64,000 bases of DNA from an uncultured Chloroflexia bacterium (GCA_963745405.1 CAVUWY010000003.1:132839-196838), one strand, 5' to 3'; positions 11,041-21,323 are shown, counted from the first letter of the stretch. The notes: generated by a model not told the origin, from the sequence alone. A program made the numbers and translations.

Positions 11041-12450
11041 ATGCGTAGAGCGGCTCCCGTCCTCATCATCGTCATAGGCGTCCTCGCCCTCTTCTTCGTC
11101 TTCTGGCCCAACGTCAAGGTCCCCGTCATCGGCGACACGACCGGCACCGCCGAACCTCGCAAGTTGACGTGGGTCCTCGGCCTCGACCTGCAGGGTGGAT
11201 TCCGGGTCGAATACCAGGCCCAGCCGGTCAACGGCAAGGCGCCGACGGCCGACGACATGAACACCATCCAGCAGATCATCGAGCGGCGGGTGAACTCGAC
11301 CGGCGTGTCGGAGCCGGTCGTCCAGACGGAGGGCACCGACCGCATCGTGGTGGAGCTGCCGGGCGTCCAGGACAGCGCCGCGATCGAGCAGCTCGTGGGC
11401 TCGACGGGACGACTCGACTTCGTCCCGCTGCCGGCCGACCGCTTCGGCAACGTCACCTCGAACAGCGGCGGCGGGGCGCCGGGCATCTCGACCGGCCAAC
11501 CGATCCCGCCGCCGGCCCTCCAACCGCTCTTCAGCGGCGACCAGGTGGCGTCGGCGAACCCGGGTACCGACAGCCTCGGCGGTCGGGCCGTCGCGTTCAC
11601 CCTCAAGTCGGACGGCGCACGGCTCTTCTCCGACTACACGTCGGCCCACGTCGGTGAGTACTTCGCCATAGTCCTCGACGACAAGGTCGTCTCCGCGCCG
11701 TCGATCCAGAGCGCCATCACCGACGGGAGCGGGATCATCACCGGCGGGACCGGCGGCTTCTCGGCGGCCGACATGAACAACCTCGTGACGATCCTCCGCT
11801 ACGGCTCACTGCCGTTCCCGATCACCCAGATCGCCAACGACCAGGTCCCGGCGACACTCGGCGCGCAATTCCTCCAGCAGACACTGCTCGCCGCGGCGAT
11901 CGGCATCTCCCTTGTCTTCGCCTTCATGCTCATCTACTACCGGCTGCCGGGCGTCGTGGCGAGCTTCGCCCTCCTCTACTACACGCTCGTCGTGCTGGCC
12001 ATCTTCCGGCTCATCCCGGTGACGCTCACGCTGGCCGGCATCGCCGGCTTCGTCTTATCCGTCGGCATGGCGGTCGATGCGAACATCCTCATCTTCGAAC
12101 GGACGAAGGAAGAGCTCCGCCTCGGCAAGCCGCTCTCGCCGGCCGTCGAGGCCGGCTTCTCCCGGGCCTGGAACTCGATCCTCGACTCGAACGTGTCGAG
12201 CCTCATCACGGCCGGCATCCTCTACTGGTTCGGCAGCTCGACCATCAAGGGCTTCGCCCTCGTCCTCATCATCGGCGTGCTCACGTCGATGTTCACGGCC
12301 ATCGTCGTGACCCGGACCATCCTCCGGATCGTCGTTCGCCAGCGCTGGGCGCAGCGACCGGAGATGTACGGCGTCCGCGAGGAGGAATTCCTGGCCGGGC
12401 GCGCTCCGAATCGGACCCCGTTGCGAGGAGAGGCCCGCGGGCGTGTTTGA
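11041..12450 (+). CDS. secD: Protein translocase subunit SecD
   Basis: 'LGLDLQGG...RIVVELPGV' is present, along with the C-terminal 6-TM block 'GIAGFVLSVGMAVDANILIFERTKEE'. Confidence 0.93.
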   Translation: MRRAAPVLIIVIGVLALFFVFWPNVKVPVIGDTTGTAEPRKLTWVLGLDLQGGFRVEYQAQPVNGKAPTADDMNTIQQIIERRVNSTGVSEPVVQTEGTDRIVVELPGVQDSAAIEQLVGSTGRLDFVPLPADRFGNVTSNSGGGAPGISTGQPIPPPALQPLFSGDQVASANPGTDSLGGRAVAFTLKSDGARLFSDYTSAHVGEYFAIVLDDKVVSAPSIQSAITDGSGIITGGTGGFSAADMNNLVTILRYGSLPFPITQIANDQVPATLGAQFLQQTLLAAAIGISLVFAFMLIYYRLPGVVASFALLYYTLVVLAIFRLIPVTLTLAGIAGFVLSVGMAVDANILIFERTKEELRLGKPLSPAVEAGFSRAWNSILDSNVSSLITAGILYWFGSSTIKGFALVLIIGVLTSMFTAIVVTRTILRIVVRQRWAQRPEMYGVREEEFLAGRAPNRTPLRGEARGRV

Positions 12451-13738
12451 CATCATCGGGCACAGACGCTGGTTCTATGCGTTCTCGCTCCTCATCACGA
12501 TCCCCGGCCTCATCTTCATCCTCCTCACCCCACTGACGAACGGCGCGGTCGGTCTGCAGTTCTCGATCGACTACACCGGCGGGACCCAGTGGGAGATCCG
12601 TTTCGCCGACCCCACGGTGACGGCCGACCAGATCCTCGCCGTCCTCGCGGAGCAGGGTCTCGGCGACTCCACGGTGACGCCGACCAGCGACGGGTTCTAC
12701 GAGATCCGGACCAAGCCCATCGGCCTCGCCGCGCCGGCACCGACCGCGACGCCGGTCGTCACCCTCAACCCGTCGGCGTCGGCCGGACCGAGCGGGAGTG
12801 CCGGACCGGCGGTCAGTCCGACCCCCGGCCCGATCGTCGTTCCGAGCGCGTCCGCCAGCGCCAGCGCGGCCGCGTCGGCGAGCGCCAGCGCGAGCGCAGC
12901 TGCGGCTGCGTCCCCCAGTGCAGGCTCCTCGGCGAGCCCGGCATCGGCCTCGCCATCGCCCAGTCCGCTCCCGTCTGCCTCGGTCTCGCCGGCCCCGTCC
13001 GCCTCGCCGGGAACCTCCGGCGCGCCCGTGCCGAGCCCCTCCCCGGGCACCGGCGGCGGCAGCACGACGCTCCCGACGACCGGCAAGATGGGTGAGGTCG
13101 CGACGGCCCTCCAGACCGCACTTGGTCCTATCGCCGAACAGCGCCGGCTCACGACCGTGGGCCCGGTCGTCAGCGCCGACCTCATCCAGCAGGCCGTCGT
13201 GCTGATCCTCGTCGGCGCCCTCGGGATCCTCGCCTGGATCACCGTCCGTTTCCACGATGTCCGCTTCGGCGTGGCGGCCCTGATCGCCCTGCTCCACGAC
13301 GTCATCGTCGTCGTCGGCGCCTTCGCCGTCCTCGGAACCTTCTTCCGGGTCCAGATCGACGCCCTGTTCGTGACGGCCATGCTCACCGTCATCGGCTTCA
13401 GCGTCCACGACACGATCGTCGTGTTCGACCGTGTCCGCGAGAACCGGGCCCGCCACATCGGCGAGACCTACGCCCGGATCGTCAACCACTCGGTCCTCCA
13501 GACGTTCGGCCGATCCATCAACACGAGCTTCACCGTCCTGCTGACCCTGCTCGCCCTCCTCCTGTTCGGCGGCGAGGCCATCCACTACTTCATCCTCGCC
13601 CTCCTCATCGGCATCATCTCCGGGACCTATTCGTCGATCTTCAACGCGAGCCCGATCCTCGTGTCGTGGCACGAGTGGGACGATCGACGGAAAGCCCAGG
13701 CGGCCGCGGCAGCCCGCGGCGCCCGACGCGCGACCTAG
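12443..13738 (+). CDS. secF: Protein translocase subunit SecF with a ~120-aa Ala/Ser/Pro low-complexity insert
   Basis: The N-terminus 'FDIIGHRRWFYAFSLLI', 'GLQFSIDYTGGT' and the RND-like TM block 'GFSVHDTIVVFDRVREN' are present. The GTG start overlaps the secD stop by 8 nt. Confidence 0.9.
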   Translation: MFDIIGHRRWFYAFSLLITIPGLIFILLTPLTNGAVGLQFSIDYTGGTQWEIRFADPTVTADQILAVLAEQGLGDSTVTPTSDGFYEIRTKPIGLAAPAPTATPVVTLNPSASAGPSGSAGPAVSPTPGPIVVPSASASASAAASASASASAAAAASPSAGSSASPASASPSPSPLPSASVSPAPSASPGTSGAPVPSPSPGTGGGSTTLPTTGKMGEVATALQTALGPIAEQRRLTTVGPVVSADLIQQAVVLILVGALGILAWITVRFHDVRFGVAALIALLHDVIVVVGAFAVLGTFFRVQIDALFVTAMLTVIGFSVHDTIVVFDRVRENRARHIGETYARIVNHSVLQTFGRSINTSFTVLLTLLALLLFGGEAIHYFILALLIGIISGTYSSIFNASPILVSWHEWDDRRKAQAAAAARGARRAT

Positions 13739-13831
13739 TGGCCCGCAGCCGACGGCGATGGGCGGGGGGCCTCGAGCGACTGTCCCACCCCGGCGTCGGT
13801 GGAGAGTCGGCGTGAAGGCCGGCCTGCGAGG

Positions 13832-15592
13832 ATGACCTCGATGCTGGAACCGCACTTCCGCTGGATCTTCCCGTCCCCGACCGAGCTCGCTCCGGAGGTC
13901 GTCGACGAGGCGGCCCGGCTCGGCATCTCACGTCGGACGGCCGAGGTCCTTGCCCGTCGCGGCGTCGCCGACGGAGCTGCCCTGCGGGCCTTCTTCGCCC
14001 CGCCGGCGGCCGCCCTCAACGACCCCACGGCGCTGCCGGACGCCGAGCGGATGCGCGAGCGGATCGCCCGGGCTCGCCGGGACGGGGAGGGGATCCTCGT
14101 CTTCGGCGACTTCGATGCCGACGGGCTGAGCGGCCTGGCGACGATGACCCTCGCCCTGCGCTTCCTCGGCCTCCGCGTCGAGCCGTACGTCCCGAGCCGG
14201 CTCGAGGAAGGCCACGGGCTCTCCCTTCGCGCGGTCGACACCGCGGCCGAGCTCGGTCTGAGCGTCATCGTGACCGTCGACTGCGGCTCGACGAGCGGTC
14301 CCGAGATCGACGCCGCGGCGGCCCGCGGCATCGACACCCTCGTCACCGACCACCATCGCCTGCCGCCGGAGATGCCAGCCGCGGTCGCCGTCGTCAACCC
14401 GCACCGGGCGGACAGCTGCTACCCCGACGATCGACTGTCCGGCAGCGGCGTCGCGTTCGTCGTCGCCCGCCTGCTGCTCGCCGACGAGCCGGGCGGGCCG
14501 GAATTCGCTCTCACGCTCGCGGAATCGGCCGTCATCGGGACGGTCTCCGACATCGCCCCCATCCTCGGCGAGAACCGGGCCATCGCCCGCCTCGGCCTGG
14601 GGCGCATGCGGACGGTGCCCCGAGCAGGGATCGCCGCCCTCCTCGCTCGAGCCGGCATCGCCCGCGCGGACGTGGACCTCGAGACGGTGGCCTTCTCGCT
14701 CGCCCCGCGGCTCAATGCGGCCGGCCGGGTCGGCGACCCGCTCGATGCGGCCCGCCTTCTCCTGACGGACGACGCGGACGAGGCGGCCGCCCTTGCCGAG
14801 GGCCTCGAATCGACCAACCTCGTCCGTCGCGAGCTGACGGCCGCCGCTGTCGACGAAGCCCGCCGCGCGGTCGCGACGCTCCCCGAGGGCCCGCTCGTCA
14901 TGGTCCGCGGTCCGTGGCCGGTCGGCGTCATCGGGCTCGTGGCGGCCCGACTGGCCGAGGAGCACGGGCGCCCGGCGATCGTCGGCGCGGAACTGGGGCA
15001 TGTCGTGCGGGCCTCGTGCCGAACGTCCGCCGACTTCGACCTCGCGGCCGCCCTCGAATTGTCGACCGACCTCCTGCTCCAGCACGGCGGCCATGCCGGC
15101 GCCGCGGGGTTCGAGGTCGAAGCGATCCGCTGGGACGAGCTTGCCGTTCGACTGCGGGCCCTCGCGGTCGATGCCGGGACGACGGTGGTCGGGTCGGAGC
15201 TCCGCCTCGACCTGGCCCTGCCGGCGGGCGACGTCGACTACCCGCTCCTTCGCGAGCTGGCGAGCCTCGAGCCGACAGGAAACGGCAACCCGGCGCCGCT
15301 GGTCGGCGTCCTCGGCACGACCGTCAGCCGGGTCCGGGCCGCAAAGGGGGGACATACCCAGCTGACGCTGCGTCGCGAGCGCGACGTCGTCGACGCGATC
15401 GCCTTCGACCGGGCGGACCTCGCCGACACGGTCGCCGAAGGGGACCGGATCGACGTCGTGGCGACCCTCGCCTCGCGGACGTTCGGCGGCTTCGAGTCGC
15501 TCCAGCTCGAGATCCTCGATGTCGCCGCGAGCGGCAGCCACGACGAGGCGGCCGAGATCCTCGGGCTCGCCCTCGCCGGAGCTGGCCGATGA
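13832..15592 (+). CDS. recJ: Single-stranded-DNA-specific exonuclease RecJ
   Basis: DHH-family motifs 'VFGDFDADGLSG', 'TVDCGS' and 'VTDHHRLP' are present. The start is uncertain, because the ORF opens at 13799. Confidence 0.9.
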   Translation: MTSMLEPHFRWIFPSPTELAPEVVDEAARLGISRRTAEVLARRGVADGAALRAFFAPPAAALNDPTALPDAERMRERIARARRDGEGILVFGDFDADGLSGLATMTLALRFLGLRVEPYVPSRLEEGHGLSLRAVDTAAELGLSVIVTVDCGSTSGPEIDAAAARGIDTLVTDHHRLPPEMPAAVAVVNPHRADSCYPDDRLSGSGVAFVVARLLLADEPGGPEFALTLAESAVIGTVSDIAPILGENRAIARLGLGRMRTVPRAGIAALLARAGIARADVDLETVAFSLAPRLNAAGRVGDPLDAARLLLTDDADEAAALAEGLESTNLVRRELTAAAVDEARRAVATLPEGPLVMVRGPWPVGVIGLVAARLAEEHGRPAIVGAELGHVVRASCRTSADFDLAAALELSTDLLLQHGGHAGAAGFEVEAIRWDELAVRLRALAVDAGTTVVGSELRLDLALPAGDVDYPLLRELASLEPTGNGNPAPLVGVLGTTVSRVRAAKGGHTQLTLRRERDVVDAIAFDRADLADTVAEGDRIDVVATLASRTFGGFESLQLEILDVAASGSHDEAAEILGLALAGAGR

Positions 15593-16824
15593 CGCGACGG
15601 ACGAGTCCGAGCGTCAAACCGGCCAAGGCAGGCGACCCGTACGGCCTCAAGCCGTCGTCCTCACTGATCGCCCCGGTGGCTTCGATCGTGGGCCTGGCCC
15701 TCATCGCCTGGATCAGCTTCTCGCTCCTGACCGGGAACCTGCCCTTCCATATCGGCAAGCCGGCCGCCTCGGGCGCTATCGCCGGGCCCGCCCGGACACC
15801 CACCCCCTCGAACATCGTCGAGGTCCCGAGCCAATCGCCCGGCGACCAGCTCAAGGGCACCCTCGTGTACGCCAAGGACGGCAACCTGTGGATCCAGGAT
15901 GCGGGCGGGGCTCGCCAGATCACGAGCACCGGCGGCGACTCGATGCCGTCGCTGACGCCCGACGGGAAGATCCTCTATATCAACACGACCTCGAAGCTGG
16001 TCTCCTATCGCCGCCTCGGCGGACCGGTATCGAGATATACGGCGACGTACCCGACGCTGTACGAGGTCAAGCTCGATGGGAGTGGGCGGACGAAGCTGAC
16101 CGATGGCCTGTTCACGGGCCGGCTCGGCACCTGGTTCTACTGGCTCCGAGAGCCGGTCATGGCACCGAACGGCCGAACCGTGGCCCTCTTCTCCGATGCG
16201 CCGAACCCGAGCAACAGCAACGTCGTCCTGCAGTACTTCGACGCCAAGACCGGCAAGCTCACCCGGGCGGGCGTGCCGGAAACCCCGCCCCTCGGCCAGC
16301 AGGATGCCGCCTGGAGCCCCGACGGCTCGACGCTGCTCTACGTCAGGAACGGCCGTGACGGTCCGCGCGGCGCGCCTCAGATCATCCGGATGGACTGGAA
16401 GACGAAGAAGATCAAGGCGCTGACCGGCCCCGGCTACAACGGACCGCGCTGGTCGCCCGACGGGCGATACATCGTGGCGACCAAGACGAGCACCCTGGGG
16501 ACCGACGTCGTCATCCTCGACGCCCGGACCGGCAACGAGATACTCAACCTCACGAGCGACGGCCGGTCGTGGGGCGGGGTGTGGTCGCCGCTCGGCGACT
16601 CGATCGCCTATCTCAGCATCAACGGCGGTGTGACGGACCTCTACGACATCAAGCTCAGCGGTCCGGCCGGCCAGTGGACCGTCGGCAACCCGGACGCGCT
16701 CACCGAGAGTGCCGGCCTCGACGGGGCCTCGCCGCCGGTCTGGTACGTACCGCCCGACCAGCTCCCGCCGCCACCGAGCCAGCCGGTCCCCTCGCCGGCG
16801 TCACCCTCCCCGCGCCCCTCATAG
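15589..16824 (+). CDS. TolB-like periplasmic beta-propeller protein with an N-terminal membrane anchor
   Basis: A TM helix 'VASIVGLALIAWISFSLL' is followed by repeated PD40-like 'W(S)PDG' units ('LTPDGKILY', 'MAPNGRTVA', 'WSPDGSTLLY', 'WSPDGRYIV', 'WSPLGDSIAY'). The ATG overlaps the recJ stop as ATGA. Confidence 0.7.
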   Translation: MTRRTSPSVKPAKAGDPYGLKPSSSLIAPVASIVGLALIAWISFSLLTGNLPFHIGKPAASGAIAGPARTPTPSNIVEVPSQSPGDQLKGTLVYAKDGNLWIQDAGGARQITSTGGDSMPSLTPDGKILYINTTSKLVSYRRLGGPVSRYTATYPTLYEVKLDGSGRTKLTDGLFTGRLGTWFYWLREPVMAPNGRTVALFSDAPNPSNSNVVLQYFDAKTGKLTRAGVPETPPLGQQDAAWSPDGSTLLYVRNGRDGPRGAPQIIRMDWKTKKIKALTGPGYNGPRWSPDGRYIVATKTSTLGTDVVILDARTGNEILNLTSDGRSWGGVWSPLGDSIAYLSINGGVTDLYDIKLSGPAGQWTVGNPDALTESAGLDGASPPVWYVPPDQLPPPPSQPVPSPASPSPRPS

Positions 16825-16828
16825 CGTC

Positions 16829-17716
16829 GTGGCGGCGGCCTTCCTCGAGCGTCTCGCCGCGAGGAGCCAGGCTGTGGGATCGGTCCTGTGCCTCGGGCTC
16901 GACCCCGACCCGGATTCGTTCCCCGTGGGCTTCGAGCGCGACGTCGGCGGTCTCGAGGCCTTCGCCCGCCTCGTCCTGACGGCCGCCCTGCCGTACGCGG
17001 CTGCGGTCAAGCCCAACCTCGCCTTCTTCGAGGCGTTCGGGGCGGACGGGCTGGCCGCGCTCGAGCGACTGCGGGCGGCGATCCCGCCCGATGTGCCGGT
17101 CGTCGTCGATGCCAAGCGGGGCGACATCGGGTCGACCGCCGCCCGCCAGGCGGTAGCCCTGTACGACCGCCTCGCCGCCGATGCGATCACGATCAGCCCG
17201 TACCTCGGCGAACGCGCCGTCGAGCCGCTCATCGGGCGGGTCGACCGGTTCGCCTATGTCCTGTGCCGGACGTCGAATCCGGGGGCCGGGGAGCTCCAGG
17301 ACCTCGAGGTGGGAGCGGACGACGACCTCGCAGCGCCGGCCGAGCCCCTGTGGGCGCGGGTGGGCCGCCGGGCCGCCCGTTGGGGGCCCGGCGGGACGGT
17401 CGGCCTCGTCGTCGGAGCAACGGCATCCGAGGAGCTCGCGGCTGCCCGCCGGATCGCCCCGGGCCTCGCCTTCCTCGTCCCCGGCGTGGGCGCCCAGGGC
17501 GGGGCGGTCGAGCCCGTCCTCGAGCACGGGCGGGCGCACGCGGAGCCTGCCGGCGGCCGTCCCGGCGGGGGTCTGCTCGTCAACATCTCGCGGGCGATCG
17601 CCGACGCCGCGACGGCCGCCGAAGCCGTTGCCGGGAGCGTCGCGGTGGACGATCCGGGAGAGCGGATCGCCCGGGCTGCCGCCGCGTGGGCTGCCCGACT
17701 CCCTGTGCTATCGTAG
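16829..17716 (+). CDS. pyrF: Orotidine 5'-phosphate decarboxylase (type 2)
   Basis: 'LCLGLDPD...AAAVKPNLAFFEAFG...VVVDAKRGDIGSTA...ITISPYLG' are the type-2 PyrF motifs. Confidence 0.85.
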   Translation: MAAAFLERLAARSQAVGSVLCLGLDPDPDSFPVGFERDVGGLEAFARLVLTAALPYAAAVKPNLAFFEAFGADGLAALERLRAAIPPDVPVVVDAKRGDIGSTAARQAVALYDRLAADAITISPYLGERAVEPLIGRVDRFAYVLCRTSNPGAGELQDLEVGADDDLAAPAEPLWARVGRRAARWGPGGTVGLVVGATASEELAAARRIAPGLAFLVPGVGAQGGAVEPVLEHGRAHAEPAGGRPGGGLLVNISRAIADAATAAEAVAGSVAVDDPGERIARAAAAWAARLPVLS

Positions 17717-17783
17717 GCCGCCCCAAGCGCACATCCGCGCGCTGATGGCATCGGATTTCGCACCAGAGGTTCGGTCAGCAACC

Positions 17784-18125
17784 ATGCCGTTCGGTCTCGG
17801 TCCAGTCGAGCTCATCATCGTGCTCGTCATCGCACTTCTCGTGCTCGGCCCGGGCAAGCTGCCGGACGTCGGCGCCGCCCTCGGCAAGAGCATCAAGGAG
17901 TTCCGCAAGGCGGCGACCGACGTGGAGGAGGCGACGAAGCTCGACGTCACGCCGATCCCGTCGACCTCGACCGCGACGCCGGCCCCCGCCGCCCCGGTCG
18001 CACAGGCGGCCCCGGCCCCGGCCCCGGTCGCGGCACCCGCGCCCGTCGCGGCTCCCGTCCCGGCGGCTCCGCCCGCACCGGTCGCGACGATCTCGGTGGA
18101 GCCACCCTCCGAACCCCGGGCCTAG
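17784..18125 (+). CDS. tatA: Sec-independent translocase TatA/E with a Pro/Ala-rich tail
   Basis: 'MPFGLGPVELIIVLVIALLVLGPGKLPDVGAALGKSIKEFRKA' is the canonical TatA TM helix plus amphipathic helix. Confidence 0.9.
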   Translation: MPFGLGPVELIIVLVIALLVLGPGKLPDVGAALGKSIKEFRKAATDVEEATKLDVTPIPSTSTATPAPAAPVAQAAPAPAPVAAPAPVAAPVPAAPPAPVATISVEPPSEPRA

Positions 18126-18146
18126 TCGGTCCACCGGATCCCATCC

Positions 18147-18962
18147 ATGGCCGACGCCGACGCGGCCCGCGAGGCCGGCCTGCCGGCGCTCGTCCCCACC
18201 GCGCCCCAGCCGCCACCTGCCGAGGCACCAGGCCTCGGTGACGGTCCGTCGATGAGTCCGTCCGCGGACGACACGGCGATGACCCTCGTCGACCACCTCG
18301 GCGAGCTCAGGAATCGGCTCGTCAAGACGATCCTCGCCATCGTCGTCCTCGGGGCCATCGGCTTCTGGCAGGCCGGCGCGATCATCGACGTGTTGCGGAG
18401 CCCGATCGGCGACCGACACCTCGTCTCCCTGAGCGCCGGCGGGCCGTTCTTCCTGTACGTGAAGATCGCCCTCGTGACCGGGGTGATCCTCGGGATGCCG
18501 GTGATCCTCTACCAGGTCTGGGCGTTCATCTCACCCGGGCTGACGCCGGAGGAGCGGAAGGTCGTCCGGCCGTGGGTCCCCGTCGCCCTCCTCATGTTCG
18601 CCATCGGCGTCGCCGTCGCCTGGGTCGTCCTGCCGTTCGCCCTCCAGTTCCTGTTCAGCTTCGAGTCGGACGCCATCACGATCCAGCTGACGATCGACAA
18701 CTACTTCGGGTTCATCTCGACGATGTTCCTCGCCTTCGGGCTGACGATGCAGTTCCCGATCGTCCTCTACATCCTGTCCCGGATCGGACTCGTGACGGCC
18801 GCCCGCCTCCGGGCGGCACGCCGCTACGTGATCCTCGGCATCGCCGTCTTCGCGACCGTGATCACGCCCGGCGGCGACCTCGTCAGCCCGACCGTCCTCG
18901 GCCTGACGATGTACGTCCTGTTCGAGATCTCGATCTTCGTCATCTCCCGGAGCGGTCGCTGA
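18147..18962 (+). CDS. tatC: Sec-independent translocase TatC
   Basis: 'MTLVDHLGELRNRLVK', 'FISPGLTPEERK' and six TM segments are present. The true start may be an internal Met. Confidence 0.92.
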   Translation: MADADAAREAGLPALVPTAPQPPPAEAPGLGDGPSMSPSADDTAMTLVDHLGELRNRLVKTILAIVVLGAIGFWQAGAIIDVLRSPIGDRHLVSLSAGGPFFLYVKIALVTGVILGMPVILYQVWAFISPGLTPEERKVVRPWVPVALLMFAIGVAVAWVVLPFALQFLFSFESDAITIQLTIDNYFGFISTMFLAFGLTMQFPIVLYILSRIGLVTAARLRAARRYVILGIAVFATVITPGGDLVSPTVLGLTMYVLFEISIFVISRSGR

Positions 18963-19020
18963 GCGCGCCTCCCCGCAGCAGATCGACCGAAGCGCACCCG
19001 GACCGGCCACGGGAGCGCGG

Positions 19021-19026
19021 TAGACT
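19021..19026 (+). promoter_or_regulatory. Candidate -10 hexamer (TAGACT) positioned for a leaderless rapZ transcript
   Basis: TAGACT ends 7 nt before the ATG at 19034. It is the same hexamer as upstream of uvrA. Confidence 0.3.
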
Positions 19027-19033
19027 GGCGGCC

Positions 19034-19942
19034 ATGGCCTCACGCGAGCAGCCGGTCGCCGCGGGATCCGAGGCGGATCCGGCTCCGCACGTCGTGCTCC
19101 TGAGCGGTGTCTCGGGCGGCGGCAAGACGGCGGCCGCCAAGCTCTTCGAGGACCTCGGCTACCTCGTCGTCGACAACCTGCCGAGCGACCTCCTGCCCGA
19201 GCTGGCCGAGCTCATGTCGAGCGATCCCGAGCGCTACGCCCGCGTGGCCATCGTCCTCGACGTCCGCTCCGGCGATGCGCCGCTCGCCTTCGCCGCCATG
19301 CGCGGGGCGCTCGAGGGTCGCGACATCCGGCCCCAGGTCTTCTTCCTCGAGGCTCGCGACGAGGTCCTCATCCGGCGCTTTTCCGAGACCCGCCACCGTC
19401 ATCCCCTCGCCGACCAGCGGGGCATCGCCAGCTCCATCGCGGAGGAGCGGCGGCTCCTCGATCCGGTCCGCCAGGAGGCCGACGTCGTCCTCGACACGTC
19501 CGACCTGTCGCTGCGGGAGCTCCGCGAGACGCTGTTCGCCCACCTGAGCGACCACGTCGACCCGGAGCAGCTCGTCATCCAGCTGATCAGCTTCGGATTC
19601 AAGTTCGGGGTGCCGCTCGAGGCCGACCTCGTCTTCGACGTCCGGTTCATGCAGAACCCCTACTACGTCGAGCGGCTCCGCCAGCAATCGGGCCTGACCG
19701 AGGCCGTCCGCGAGTTCGTCCTCGACCAGCCGGTAGCCCGTCGCTTCCTCGGCTTCCTCCACGAGTTCCTCGACTTCGTCCTGCCGGCCTACGAGGCCGA
19801 GGGCAAGACGCGGCTGACGATCGCTATCGGCTGCACCGGTGGTTATCACCGCTCGATCGTCATGGCCGAGGAGCTGGCGACGTGGCTCCGGGAGCGTGGA
19901 TCGCCGGTGGCGGTCTTCCACCGCGAGCTCGACCGGGCATGA
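19034..19942 (+). CDS. rapZ: RNase adapter protein RapZ (YvcJ family P-loop NTPase)
   Basis: 'VVLLSGVSGGGKTAAAKLFEDLGYLVVDNLP' and 'IGCTGGYHRS' are present. Confidence 0.92.
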   Translation: MASREQPVAAGSEADPAPHVVLLSGVSGGGKTAAAKLFEDLGYLVVDNLPSDLLPELAELMSSDPERYARVAIVLDVRSGDAPLAFAAMRGALEGRDIRPQVFFLEARDEVLIRRFSETRHRHPLADQRGIASSIAEERRLLDPVRQEADVVLDTSDLSLRELRETLFAHLSDHVDPEQLVIQLISFGFKFGVPLEADLVFDVRFMQNPYYVERLRQQSGLTEAVREFVLDQPVARRFLGFLHEFLDFVLPAYEAEGKTRLTIAIGCTGGYHRSIVMAEELATWLRERGSPVAVFHRELDRA

Positions 19943-19988
19943 GGCCCTCGATGCCGCGCGTCGCCGTCGGACCCACGGGCGGCCGACC

Positions 19989-21323
19989 GTGAACCTGCGG
20001 CGCTGGCTCCGGCCCGGGATGGGCATCAAGCGCTGGCTCGGCGTCGTCTTCATCGGCGAGCTGAGCCTCGCCCTCGGCGGCGCCTTCGCCCTCCGCCAGC
20101 TCTACCGCGACACCGACGTCTCCGGGCCGTTCCAGGCGGCGATCTACCTCGCCACGCTGCAATTCCTGCCGTACATCGCCCGGGGGGTCATCCTCGGCTC
20201 TGTCGGCGCGGCGCTGTTCCTGGCCGGCTCGATCCGGGTCATCCAGGCGTTCATGAACCCGTTCCGGTCGCCGGACGCCGACCAGCCGCTCGTCGAGCTC
20301 ATCTACCAGAAGCGGTTCCTCGCCCGCGGCCCGAAGATCGTCGCGATCGGCGGCGGGACCGGCCTCTCGACGCTCCTCCGCGGACTCAAGGAGCACTCGA
20401 GCAACCTCACCGCGGTGGTCACGGTCGCCGACGACGGTGGCTCGTCGGGCAAGCTCCGCGAGCAGCTCGGCGTGCCGGCCGTCGGCGATATCCGCAACTG
20501 CATCGTCGCCCTCGCCGATGCCGAACCCCTCATGGCCGAGCTCCTCCAGTACCGCTTCCCCGAGTCGGAGCGGACCGGGTCCGAGAGCGACCGGACGACC
20601 CTCGGCGGGCATGCCGTCGGTAACCTCCTCATCGCGGCCCTCACGGCCGTCGAGGGCGGCGACTTCGAGGAGGGGGTCCGCCAGATGAACCGGGTCCTCG
20701 CCGTCCGCGGCCAGGTCCTGCCGGTCTCGCCGACGCCGCTCGTCCTCCACTGCGAGACGCGCGATGGATGGGAGGTCCACGGCCAGTCCGCCGTCGCCAC
20801 GACGACCGACATCGAGCGGGTCTGGGTGACGCCGGGCGACGTGGCCGTGTCGGACGACGCCCTCCGGGCGATCGCCGAAGCCGACGTCGTCGTGCTCGGA
20901 CCGGGCAGCCTCTACACGAGCATCCTGCCGGGCCTGCTCCTGGCGCCGATCCGCGACGCCATCCTCGCCTCGCCCGCGCTTCGGGTCTACGTCTGCAATG
21001 TCGCCACGCAGGAAGGCGAGACGGCCGGCTACGACCTCGCCGACCACGTCGACGCCCTCGAGCGGCATGCGGCGCCCGGCATCGTAGATGTCGTACTCGC
21101 CAACAGTCACGTCGCGACGACCGCCCCGGCCGGGCGTGGCGAGGCGGTCCGTCCACGGTGGCCGCCGGCCGGGCCGAACGTGCCGCGGCTCGTCCTCGAC
21201 GACGTCATCGACCCCGCCGAACCGACGCATCACGATCCGGCCGCCCTGGCCGCCGCCATCATCCGGGTCGTCGAGCGCGAGGGCGGCGCCCGCCGGCGCG
21301 CCGGGGTGGCCCGGACCGCGTGA
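19989..21323 (+). CDS. yvcK: YvcK/CofD-like gluconeogenesis factor (UPF0052)
   Basis: 'KIVAIGGGTGLSTLLRGLK', 'TAVVTVADDGGSSGKLR' and 'GPGSLYTSILP' are present. The start is uncertain. Confidence 0.88.
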   Translation: MNLRRWLRPGMGIKRWLGVVFIGELSLALGGAFALRQLYRDTDVSGPFQAAIYLATLQFLPYIARGVILGSVGAALFLAGSIRVIQAFMNPFRSPDADQPLVELIYQKRFLARGPKIVAIGGGTGLSTLLRGLKEHSSNLTAVVTVADDGGSSGKLREQLGVPAVGDIRNCIVALADAEPLMAELLQYRFPESERTGSESDRTTLGGHAVGNLLIAALTAVEGGDFEEGVRQMNRVLAVRGQVLPVSPTPLVLHCETRDGWEVHGQSAVATTTDIERVWVTPGDVAVSDDALRAIAEADVVVLGPGSLYTSILPGLLLAPIRDAILASPALRVYVCNVATQEGETAGYDLADHVDALERHAAPGIVDVVLANSHVATTAPAGRGEAVRPRWPPAGPNVPRLVLDDVIDPAEPTHHDPAALAAAIIRVVEREGGARRRAGVARTA

